In this document: positions 36,126 through 47,600 of the stretch, one piece after another | Layout: each line of letters starts with the position of its first letter | Numbering within the stretch: position 1 is the stretch's first letter | NCBI GenBank assembly: GCA_037127795.1 | Contig: JBAXXQ010000002.1 | Coordinates: 11 to 64,010 of the forward strand | Length of the DNA stretch: 64,000 nucleotides | Direction of reading: 5' to 3' | From: a bacterium | GTDB taxonomy: Bacteria; Patescibacteriota; Minisyncoccia; Phycocordibacterales; UBA9973 | Notes under the pieces: model-generated | The model's input: only the letters and a program-made list of their open reading frames with translations | What the model was told of the DNA's origin: nothing | The model's database searches: none | Made by a program: the position numbers and the translations under genes

Positions 36126-36575
36126 TTAAATTGATCTAATGTACTCTACAGGTTTTTGTATTACCCATGAAAAAACCATTATATATAAAACTGAAAATAA
36201 TGCGTCTGGTATTATATTAATAAGACCATGGTAGCTAATATTTCCCAGTAATGGATATATAATCATCTGGGCAATGAATGCTCCAATAGGGAGAGTTACA
36301 AAAAATGCTGCAAATTTCATAAATGCTCTAATTTCTGAATTTTTTTCGTTTTTTGATTTATACCAAATAAACAAACCGGCACTCATTCCCATAATGATTA
36401 TTATTCCTACTAAAGGAATGGTGAAAATGTGTAGTATTTTTTTTGTCTCTGTATTTGTAATATAGAGAGAAATTAAATCACTAGCTGATCCGATTATAAA
36501 TACAGAAATTAAAAATATTGATACTAGTTTTTTGCAAACTGTAGAATACTTAAAGAAGAAGATAATCTTTTTCAT
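36126..36575 (-). CDS. Integral membrane hypothetical protein (4 TM)
   Basis: 149-aa hydrophobic ORF directly downstream of a copy of the conserved promoter. Confidence 0.45.
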   Translation of the reverse strand: MKKIIFFFKYSTVCKKLVSIFLISVFIIGSASDLISLYITNTETKKILHIFTIPLVGIIIIMGMSAGLFIWYKSKNEKNSEIRAFMKFAAFFVTLPIGAFIAQMIIYPLLGNISYHGLINIIPDALFSVLYIMVFSWVIQKPVEYIRSI

Positions 36576-36612
36576 AATTGTTATTTTATTGTGGAGAACT
36601 TGTTATAAGTAT

Positions 36613-36641
36613 ATAATAGCATATTTTCAATTAAAAGTCAA
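36613..36641 (-). promoter_or_regulatory. Sigma70-like promoter (TTGACT-N17-TATTAT; copy of the conserved promoter module)
   Basis: The reverse complement reads gattgacttttaattgaaaatatgctattatatac. Confidence 0.45.
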
Positions 36642-36648
36642 TCATACA

Positions 36649-36677
36649 AAAACCCCTTAATATAAGGGGTTTTTGAG
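36649..36677 (-). terminator. Rho-independent terminator downstream of the DoxX gene
   Basis: Reads aaaaaccccttaatataaggggttttt. Confidence 0.55.
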
Positions 36678-36701
36678 GTATATAGAAGAAATATCGTCTA
36701 A

Positions 36702-37145
36702 TTATGCTTTTGGAGCAACGTCTGCATCGATACATGCAGGGCATGTACTACAGCCACAAATACGTGCTACGAGAGAGTATTTGCCACCTCCAGAAAGGAA
36801 GAGTGAGAGTGCTGAGAAGAAAAGGATAAAAGGTGTCATTACCATGTTGATATTGTTGTGTACTACATACACTGCAACAAGCATAGTAATAGCGAGCAAT
36901 GCAGCTGCGAGGCGTGTCCATGCACCGAGTACAATAGCGATACCACCGATAAGTTCTGTGAATGATACGATGTATGTCCAGAATGCATTGAAGCCCATTT
37001 GTGCAAACATACCTACAGTGATTTGAAGGTGACTTACTTTTTCCCATCCTGCGAGAATAAATACTGCACCAAAACCGATGCGAAGTACAAGGAGCCCTAT
37101 GTCGTTATTTACCCATGTACATTTTTTAACAATTGAATTAAACAT
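36702..37145 (-). CDS. DoxX-family membrane protein
   Basis: Reads DIGLLVLRIGFGAVFILAGWEK, a DoxX signature. 4 TM. Confidence 0.7.
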   Translation of the reverse strand: MFNSIVKKCTWVNNDIGLLVLRIGFGAVFILAGWEKVSHLQITVGMFAQMGFNAFWTYIVSFTELIGGIAIVLGAWTRLAAALLAITMLVAVYVVHNNINMVMTPFILFFSALSLFLSGGGKYSLVARICGCSTCPACIDADVAPKA

Positions 37146-37205
37146 AATTATCTTACTTATTTTTTTAATTTATTAATACGAGCGATTATACCACAGAGAG
37201 GATTT

Positions 37206-37388
37206 TTAAATCCAATGGATCAAATATGCGATAAAAAGTATTGCGCCAAGGAGGCCGAGTAGTGGTTGTATTCGTGAGAGAATACCGATAATAACAACAG
37301 CGATAACTACTTTTACCCACCCAAGTACCAAGAGAGAAGCCCAGATCGTTTGCAAAAGTGTTTGAATGATTGTTTGTATGCTTGTCAT
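37206..37388 (-). CDS. Small hydrophobic protein (60 aa)
   Basis: Two TM-like segments. Weak support. Confidence 0.3.
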   Translation of the reverse strand: MTSIQTIIQTLLQTIWASLLVLGWVKVVIAVVIIGILSRIQPLLGLLGAILFIAYLIHWI

Positions 37389-37442
37389 ATAGCTATAAGT
37401 ATATATTGCACCAAAACAAAAGCAATAGCGTATACTATATAC

Positions 37443-38591
37443 ATGAATACAGATATATATGCGGCATCACTTGCGTTGCACAAAAAAAATAAAGGAAAGC
37501 TCGAGACAGTAAGTAAGGTACGACTTGATTCAAAAGAGATTCTTTCGCTCGCGTATAGTCCGGGGGTCGCAGAAGTATCTCGTGAGATTGCACGCGATCC
37601 AAACCTTGCTCGTGAATACACACTCAAAGGCAACACTATTGCTATTGTCTCAGACGGCTCAGCTATTTTAGGGCTTGGCAATCTCGGAGCGCTCGCTGCT
37701 ATTCCTGTGATGGAGGGCAAAGCCGCAATATTCAAAGAGTTTGCTGGAGTGGATGCATTCCCTATATGTCTCGACACACAAGATACTGAAGAAATTATTT
37801 CTATTGTAAAAAAAATCGCACCAGTGTTTGGTGGAATCAATCTCGAAGATATCGCAGCGCCTCGTTGTTTTGAAATTGAAGAGCGCTTGCGTAAAGAATT
37901 ATCTATTCCTGTAATGCACGATGATCAATGGGGTGCAGCGACAGTGACTCTCGCGGGAGTAATCAATTCGCTCAAGCTTATTGGCAAAACAAAAGAAGAA
38001 GTGAAAGTGGTGCTCAGTGGTATTGGTGCTGCAGGAGTAGCGACAGCACGACTACTTTTGATATATGGTATTACCAATATTGTTTTTTGTGATAGTAAAG
38101 GAATAATTTTTGATGGTCGCACAGACATAACCAAAGAAAAACAAGAACTTCTCAATGGTAGTAGTGCATCTCCCGTAGAAGGAGACCTCGCTATGGCAGT
38201 ACAAGACGCAGATATCTTTATTGGCCTTTCAAAACCAGGGGTTTTGACGCCTGATATGGTCCGTTCTATGGGGCCAAAGCCTGTGATTTTTGCTCTCGCA
38301 AACCCAACTCCGGAGATAATGCCTGACATAGCAAAAGAGTCTGGTGTATTTATTGTCGCTACTGGCCGCAGTGATTTTCCAAATCAAGTGAACAACTCAC
38401 TCGTATTCCCAGGTGCATTCAAAGGCATGCTCGAAGCAAATATTCCACAATTCAAAAATGAAATGTTTAGTATCATTGCGCAAGCACTCGCAGATTTTGT
38501 AGAAAATCCGACACCCGAAAAAATAATTCCTTCGATGTGGGACGCGGGTATAGTAGAGCTTGTTTCTAGTGTAGTAAAAAACTTCTCGTAA
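37443..38591 (+). CDS. NAD(P)-dependent malic enzyme (small bacterial type)
   Basis: Reads SLAYSPGVAEVSREIA, followed by a nucleotide-binding domain VLSGIGAAGVA. The start was moved to MNTDIYAASLAL (ATG at 37443). Confidence 0.85.
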   Translation: MNTDIYAASLALHKKNKGKLETVSKVRLDSKEILSLAYSPGVAEVSREIARDPNLAREYTLKGNTIAIVSDGSAILGLGNLGALAAIPVMEGKAAIFKEFAGVDAFPICLDTQDTEEIISIVKKIAPVFGGINLEDIAAPRCFEIEERLRKELSIPVMHDDQWGAATVTLAGVINSLKLIGKTKEEVKVVLSGIGAAGVATARLLLIYGITNIVFCDSKGIIFDGRTDITKEKQELLNGSSASPVEGDLAMAVQDADIFIGLSKPGVLTPDMVRSMGPKPVIFALANPTPEIMPDIAKESGVFIVATGRSDFPNQVNNSLVFPGAFKGMLEANIPQFKNEMFSIIAQALADFVENPTPEKIIPSMWDAGIVELVSSVVKNFS

Positions 38592-38655
38592 TCCACAAAA
38601 AAAGCTTTCATTAATTTACTTTTTCTAGTAAAATATAAGGGACGTTTGTCGTTTC

Positions 38656-41600
38656 ATGAGAGCAAATATTTTTAAAAAATTTGCGTCGTTCATTTTGTAC
38701 ATTTTTGTACTCTCTTTTGTCGTACCAAGTACAACTCTCGCTATCACAGGAGCCCCAAGTATTATCAGCTACCAAGGAAGACTTACAGATAGCTCTGGTA
38801 ACTTGCTCGGTGGCGCAGGCACACTCTATGCATTCAAGTTTTCTATCTGGGACAATTCAGTAGTGGGGGCTGGTACCAAGCTTTGGCCTGCAGCAAATCC
38901 TGGCGTAGATTCTGTGCAGGTCACTGATGGGGTGTTCAATGTCCGCATCGGTGATACTGCGAACGGCTACCCAGATACACTCAACTACAATTTCCAAGAT
39001 AATGCCAATGTCTATTTGCAAATAGAAGTTTCTTCTGATGGTACGACATTCGAGACGCTTGGTCCTCGTCAGCAAATCACTTCAGCAGGCTATGCGATAA
39101 ATGCACAGACACTGCAGGGCCTCACCCCTGGTACTGGCGCAAACAATCTTTTGCAATTGGGAAGTAATGGCGAGATCAATCTCTCAGGAAATGGTATTTC
39201 TACACTCGGCAATGTAGGTCTCGGTACTGTATCGAGCGGTGTATGGCATGGCGATCCTATTGCAGACGGCTATTTTGTAAAAACAGGGAACTGGGAAGGA
39301 AATTTTGGTGGGTACGATAGTAGTTACTATCTCAATGCGACTCATTTATCAAACTTCCAAATCCCATTTGATACTGCATTCGCGACAAAGACTACAGATA
39401 GTCTCGCAGAAGGAAGTTTGAATAAATATTTTACCGATACTCGTGCGCGCAATGCTATATCTGTAGCAGGTGCACCGTTGAGCTACGATACTAGTACTGG
39501 AGTAGTATCTATCGCACAAGCAGATAGTACACATGCAGGATTTGTATCAGCGGCAGATTACAACACCTTCAACAACAAACAAGATGTATTGATCTCTGGC
39601 ACTAATATAAAAACAATAAACTCAAATTCTCTCCTCGGTGCGGGAGATATTTCTGTTGCGACATTGCTTGGCTATACACCATACAACACAACAAACCCAA
39701 GTAATTTTATTTCAAATATTGGCGGCCTCGTAACTCCTGGTACCAATGTCTCAATCACCGGGAGTGGTACTGCGATAGATCCGTTTGTTATCACTAGTAC
39801 CAATCCAGGTGGGACAGTGACTTCTTTTGCTTTTACAAACAGTAACGGCTTCACAGGGAGTGTTTCAAATAGTGGGACTACGCCGACACTAACGCTTGCT
39901 TTGCAATATGCAAACAGTACACAAGACGGTCAGCTTTCTGCTACTGATTACAATACCTTTAATAATAAACAAGATACACTCGGCTACACACCATACAATG
40001 CGACCAACCCCGCAGGATATATCTCAAATCTTAACGCACTTACTACAACAAATTTGAATGAAGGAAGTAATTTGTATTTCACCAATGCCCGCGCAATAAG
40101 CGCACTCACCGGGCAAAATATTTCATTATTAAATAATAACGCTGGCTATATCACCGGTGTCTCATGGGGTGGTATTACAGGACTTCTTGCAAATCAAACA
40201 GACCTCCAAAATGCACTCAATGCAAAACAAAATGTCATCACACTCGGCACTACTGCACAATATCTCCGTGGAGACTTGTCTCTTGGGACATTTCCAACTG
40301 CAGTATCGAGTTTTACCAATGATGCAAACTATATCACCACCGCAGGTGCACGAAGTGCTATATCTGTAGCTAGTACACCACTCACATACAATAGTAGTAC
40401 GGGGGTAGTCGGTATCAATCAGGCAAATAGTACAACCGATGGTTTTGTATCAAGTACTGATTGGAATACATTCAATAATAAATTTAGTCTCCCAGCCCTT
40501 ACAAGTGGCTCTGTTGTTTTTGCAAATGGTTCAACACTTGCACAGGATAACAATAACTACTATTGGGACAGCACTAATGCGCGTTTGGCAATTGGTGGCT
40601 CTTCGTCAGGTGCAAGTTATCCAAGTGTTGCAATGACAGGTGCAAGTACTCCGAGTCCTTATGTGGCTAGTGCCTCAACTTTTAATACAGGGTTTGAAGC
40701 CTATAGAGCTTTTGATAATAATAGTGGTACAAACTGGAATAATACTGCAAGTACTGGTTGGCTTGCTATTGACCTAGGTAGTACGACAACAATAAATAAA
40801 TACCAAATTCAAGCATTAAATAGTGCTGGTACTGTTTCTGCGACCCCAAAAACATGGACTCTCGAAGGTTCTACTACAGGTGCATGGGCTGGGGAACAAG
40901 TGATTATTGATACTCAGGCAAGCCAAACAGGTTGGACTGTAAGCGAAATACGAACTTTCACTCTTTCATCAGCACAATCATATAGATACTATCGTATAAA
41001 TATATCTGCAACTAATGGGTACCCTACAATAGGTATAACCTCATTTGTTTTACAAAATACTTCACCTATTCACGTTTCTCCGCTTGCAAAACTCCATATC
41101 ACCGCTGGATCAAATACGGAAAAAGGTCTCATTGTACAAGGTGCTGCAAGTCAAACTGCAAACCTTCAAGAATGGCAGGATAGTGCAGGGGGTATATTGT
41201 CATATATGACCCCCGCGGGAAATATAGGGTTTGGATATGGTAGTCATACTATATCTATAGATGCTCCATCATCAAACAGTAATGGAAGTAATTTGACGAT
41301 TATTGCGGGGGCTACTACTGGGACTGGATACACAGGAGGAAATTTGTACTTACTTCCTGGGGCAACTGCGGGAGGAGGTTCTGCAGGTAGTGTTTGGATT
41401 GGGGGAAACTCTTCAGGTAATTACCAATCATATAGTAATAATATTCAAGGTTTTACAAGAGTTAGGAATGGGGGGCCTAATACAAATAATTTACTTGCTC
41501 TTGCTGGTGGATCCGGTTTGGATAACTGGGTATTCTCATACGATCAAACAAATAAATATGCAATTACGACATATGCGAGTACGTATCAAGCGCAATTTAA

Positions 41601-44600
41601 AACTGCTACAGCGTATACATTTGATAATAATGTAGGTGTTGGTACTATTTCTCCCTCAGCACGATTGCACTCTCTTGCTACTACCGAGCAGCTTCGCCTT
41701 GGATATGACACAGCAAATTACATGTCTACTACTATTGGTAGCACTGGCAATGCAACTCTCGCACTCACTGGCACCGGCACTCCAGCATTTACATTCTCAA
41801 ACCCTATAAATATCTCTGGTGCACTCACTGCGACAAGTATTACAAACTCATCACTCACTCAAGGCTCAGTACTCTTTGCAGGTGTGGGTGGGTTAGAGTC
41901 ACAAGACAATAACAACTACTATTGGGATAGTACCAATGCACGGTTGGCAATTGGAGGGTATTTAGGCGGGACTGTATATCCGACAACTGCAATGACTGCA
42001 AATAATCTACCATCTCCTTATGTAGCAAGTGCCTCATCTGTATCGGGAGGTTACCCAGAATATCAGGCTTTTGATAAAAACGCTTCAACATTTTGGGCAT
42101 CTCTTGTTAATAATCCAACCGGTTGGATTGCGATTGATTTGGGTAGTACTACAACAATAAATAGATATCAGGTACAAGCTACTTCTGGTGGAGGAAATGT
42201 AAACCCTAAAAACTGGACTCTCGAAGGTTCTACAACTGGCGCATGGGCAGGTGAGCAAGTAGTACTTGATACTCAAACAAACCAAACCGGCTTAATGACA
42301 GGGGGTGCGATTCTCACATACACTCTTTCGTCAAATCAATCATACAGATATTACAGATTAAACGTGAGTGCAAACAATGGCGCTACTAACTACCTTGAGG
42401 TTGCTAGTTTCAATGTACAAAATACAAATACAACTCATGTAGCACCACTTGCAAAACTCCATATCACCTCAGGTTCACAGACTGAAAAAGGTTTGATTGT
42501 TCAAGGATACGCAAGTCAAACTGCAAACCTTCAAGAATGGCAGGATAGTACTGGTGCAGTGAAGGCATATATTGATCCGTTCGGTCAGATTACTTCATCA
42601 AGTAATATTTATGCAACAGGTACTGTTACTGGTGGTAATGGAAGAATTATAATGTCTGGTGGTTTAACTAATGGAGCAAACGGTTCTATCTACACACAAT
42701 CAGGACAATCAAGAAGTTTGGAATTGGTAGTCGATCAAACTGCTGGTCGCGGAATGCTTATTCAGACAGGGACAGGGTATGTAGGAGTAGGTACTACATC
42801 TCCTACGTCTATGCTCGATGTAGCAACAAATGCGCTCGGTACAACACAGACAACAACAAGTGGTCTTGCGCTAGAAAACAACACTGCAGGTGCGCTCAAC
42901 GCAATGCAAATATCTCCAGCTGTACGTATGAGCGGGCAGGGATGGTATGTAAACGGAAGTGTATCACAACAAGTTGATGCTCGTATGTATGTGTTGCCAG
43001 TTCAAGGAACATCAGCAAATGCAACAACGTCAATAGTATTTGATGCACAAGATGGAAGTCGTGGAGGATTTAATAAAATTGCTGATTTTTCTAATCAATA
43101 CGGAGGTACCAGTGGAAATTTAAATTTATATGATAGCGGTGTTATTAAGGCTTCTTTGTTTGCTGGAGGTAATGCAAGATTAAATTTAAATGGAGGTATA
43201 GTAACTAGTCGAGGTAGTAATATTATAATGAGTACATCAGTTCTTAACGATCCTAATACTTATAATATGGGGATGGTGACATCTATATCTAACACTCTTC
43301 CACAATTTTCTGCAAACTATAATGCGACAAACTATTTTACAACAACGGTAGGTAGTACAGGCAACGCAACACTCGCACTTACAGGTACTGGTACACCATC
43401 ATTTACATTTTCAAACCCCGTAAATATTTCTGGTGCACTCACTGCGACAAATATTACCAACTCATCCCTCACCCAAGGCTCAGTAATCTTTGCTGGTGCG
43501 GGTGGAGTAGAGAGTCAGGATAACAATAACTACTATTGGGATAGTGTAAACAATCGTCTTTCTATTGGAGGGTATTTAGGTGGGACTGTATATCCAACTT
43601 CTTCAATGACTACAAACAGCTTGCCATCTCCTTATGTGGCTACGTCTAGCGGCTCTCAAATTGGTGGGTATGAATCATTTAGAGCTTTTGATGGAGTCCT
43701 TTCATCTGCGTGGGCTGTTGGGACTACTTCTGGTTGGCTTGCTCTAGATACAGGTAATGCTCTTGGGACAACAATAAATAAATATCAAGTACAAGCATCA
43801 AATCCGATGGGCATAGGTATTGGTTCTATGCCAAAAAACTGGACTATTGAAGGTTCTACAACTGGTGCATGGGCTGGTGAGCAAGTAACCATTGATACAC
43901 AAACAAATCAAACTGCTTGGTCTTTAGGAGAAATTAGAACATATCCCCTTTCAACACCTCAAACATATAGATATTATCGTATAAACATTAGTGCAAACAA
44001 TGGTAGTAGTTCATATACTGGTATTGGTGCATTTAATCTTCAGAATACTGCAACAACACACGTAGCACCTCTTGCAAAACTTCATATCACTTCAGGTTCA
44101 CAGACAGAAAAAGGATTGATCGTACAAGGATATAATTCTCAAACTGCAAACCTCCAGGAGTGGCAGGATAGTAGTGGAAGTATAAAAGCATATGTTGATA
44201 GTGGTGGTACTTTTAATACCGGTGCTACTATTGTTGCGACAGGTTCTATTACTGGGGGAAATGGAAGAGTTGGTATAGGTGCGGGTCTTACAAGTAGTAC
44301 GAACGGCGCGATATATTCTACTTCTGGAAAAAGTTTGGAATTGGTTACAGATTCAACAGCTGGTCGTGGAATGCTTATTCAAACAGGAACAGGTAATGTC
44401 GGTATTGGCACAACATCACCTTCAGCAAAAACACACATTCTCGGTACTACTGAACAACTCCGCCTCGGATACGATGCTTCAAACTACATGTCTACTACTA
44501 TTGGTAGCACTGGCAATGCAACTCTCGCACTCACTGGCACCGGCACTCCAGCATTTACATTCTCAAACCCTATAAATATCTCTGGTGCACTCACTGCGAC

Positions 44601-47600
44601 AAGTATTACAAACTCATCACTCACTCAAGGCTCAGTACTCTTTGCAGGTGTGGGTGGGTTAGAGTCACAAGACAATAACAACTACTATTGGGATAGTTCA
44701 ACACAACGTCTTGCAATTGGAGGTTCTTCATCGGGGTCAAGTTATCCAAGCGTTGTTATGACCGGGAATAGTAGTCCGTCTCCGTATGTAGCTAGTGCAT
44801 CAGGTACTAATTATGGTGCACCGTGGAACGCTTTTGATAATAATTCTTCAACAACATGGAAATCTAATGTACTTGGATCAGGTTGGCTTGCTATTGATTT
44901 AGGAAGTGTTACAACTATAAATAAATATCAAATTCAGGTAGATCCTGTCTACACTAGTAATCAACCAAAAACATGGACTCTCGAAGGTTCTACTACGGGT
45001 GCATGGGGAGGTGAGCAAGTAACTCTCGACACACAGGCGAGTCAAACAGGGTGGGCTGTGGGTGAAATACGTACATTTACTCTTTCGTCATCTCAATCAT
45101 ATAGATATTTTAGAATAAATGTCACAGCAGTTTCTGGTGTTGATAATGTGGTTATTGCTTCATTTGTTTTACAAAATACTTCTCCGACCCACGTTTCTCC
45201 TCTTGCAAAACTCCATATCACTGCTGGATCAAATATTGAAAAAGGTCTCATCGTACAGGGTGTAGCAAGTCAAACCGCAAACCTCCAAGAGTGGCAAAGT
45301 AGTACCGGAAGTATTTTGTCTACTATAAATAGCAGTGGATATTTGGGTATTGGAACAAGTACTCCTCGATATCAAATTGAATTAAATAGCGGAACTGCTA
45401 ATTCAAGTCTTGTATTGTCGGATTCCGCAGCTTCGTCTACAAGTCGTGGACTTTCTTGGACACGATCAAGTGATGGAACAGTATTTCAATATATTTCTGC
45501 AACAACTGATAGTGGAAATATGCTTTTAGCAGCATATCACAATGTATTGTTTGTCTCAGGATCTGGTAGTGGTGTTGGTATGGGACTTCCGACAACAAAC
45601 AATTTCCTTTCAGGTAAATTGCATATTCGTGGAGAAAGCTCTGATACATCTTCAAACACTTATACAGGTACCAATGCATTGTATGTAGAAAACTCGCTTG
45701 CGCAACAGCTCTTCTCTGTGGCAAACACAGGAAGCGTCGGTATTGGTACAAACACTCCTACATCATTACTCCAAGTAACTCAACGTACAACAGGTGCGGG
45801 TACTGTTACCAACACTGCGGGCGGTACAACTGTTACTGGTACTGGTACACAATTTACAAACACCTTTAAAGTCGGAGACACAATCACTATCGGTGGGCAG
45901 ACTGTTGCTATTTCTGCTATTGCATCAGATACAGGTATGACAACAGCTGCGATCACAAATGCAAATACCAATGCGGCATATACACTCGTCGGTGGAAATA
46001 GATTTGCGGTGAGTGGTAATGGAAATACTATCGTTGGTCCTGCAACATATAGTCCGTCTAATGCACAATTCTTTGTTTCAAACTCAACATATAATAATGG
46101 ATCAGGGGTTATTATTGATACGAGTGGGACATACCCAAATGCAAGTACAAACCCTCTTATTGGATTTGTGGGTGCTGGATTAACACTACCTTCATCGTGG
46201 ATTCAGGCTGTATTGCCGTATGGTGCAATGCAGATGAGAGCGTATAGTGACTTGCAAATTACAACTACAAATGCAACAGGGGGAGGTTTGAGTGTCAACA
46301 GTGGGGCTACATTTAGTGCTTCGTTGGGTAGAATAAATGCAGCGGGTACGCGTACCTCAGTTTCTGGGCAAGCATCTAGTTTCTATAGTAATGTTGCACT
46401 TACCGCAGCAGCAACAAATGATATTTTGGCAAGTTATTATATAAATGATACTTATGTTCCTGGTGCATTTACTGGTGTTACTCAATACGGTATTTATCAA
46501 AACAATACTGCGCAAAACTATTTCCAAGGGAATGTGGGAGTAGGTACTGCGACACCTTCTGCAAAACTACATTCTCTTTCTACTGGTGAACAGCTTCGTC
46601 TTGGATATGACGCGTCAAACTATACCGCATTTACAACATCTTCAACTGGAAACTTAACTATTAATCCAAGTGGTGCTGCGGTCCAAATTGCTGGTAATTC
46701 TGCCCTTATTATAAATCCTGGAAATGGAACACTGGGTGTCGGTGTAAGTGCTCCAACAGCAAAAGTTGATATTGCAGATATTGCACTTGCCGGTAGTGGA
46801 TCACTTGCTGGATCGGTGTTAAATATCGCACAAACTTGGAATACGTCAGGTTCACCTACTGCTATAAAATTGGCGGTTACAAATACTGCAAGTAACGCTA
46901 CCTCAAGTTATCTCCTTGATTTGCAGGCAAACAATAGCGGAGGAGGAATGTATTCTAAGTTTAGTGTGAGATATGATGGGTATGTCGTTGCGGGTTCTTC
47001 AATATCAGCAGGTGGTGCTTTTGTAGGGTTAACAAACGGACAAGATAATCAGCCTATTATTAAAAATAATAATACAGCGTTTGGTTTATGGACAACAAAT
47101 TCACTATCATCAAGTTATGTAGGCTATGGTACTAATATCACACTAGGTATGAATATGAATAGTACTGGAAACTTTGGATTCAGTACTACGGCAACAGCAA
47201 CAGAGAAAGTGACAATTGCAGATACAACTCTTGCTGGTAGTGGGTCACTTACTGGCTCAGTACTTAATCTTACACAAACATGGAATACAACAGGAGCACC
47301 AACTGCTATTAAATTGAATGTGACAAACACTGCAAGTACAGGGACGCCAAAACTTCTTGATTTGCAAGTGGGAGGAGTGTCGAAGTTCTATGTGCCAGCG
47401 AGTGGTAGTGTTCAGGCACCAAACGGCATTGTTGCAAGTAGTGGATTCACTATGAATGGTGGCTTAGGAATTGGTTCTGCATTTGCTGGTAATGGATCAT
47501 GGGGTAATTCTTCTGGCTCAAATGTGATTAATGGTGTTGCAATTTATCCTACAATAAACCTTACTGGTACATATTCAGGAAGTGCATTTGGATTTTCTTT

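Noticed and set aside
41720-44697. Diversity-generating retroelement (template/variable repeat pair) targeting the giant adhesin
   Set aside because: The two 212-bp copies are identical rather than differing at adenine positions. The diverged third copy shows mixed substitution types. No reverse-transcriptase gene is present in the window.
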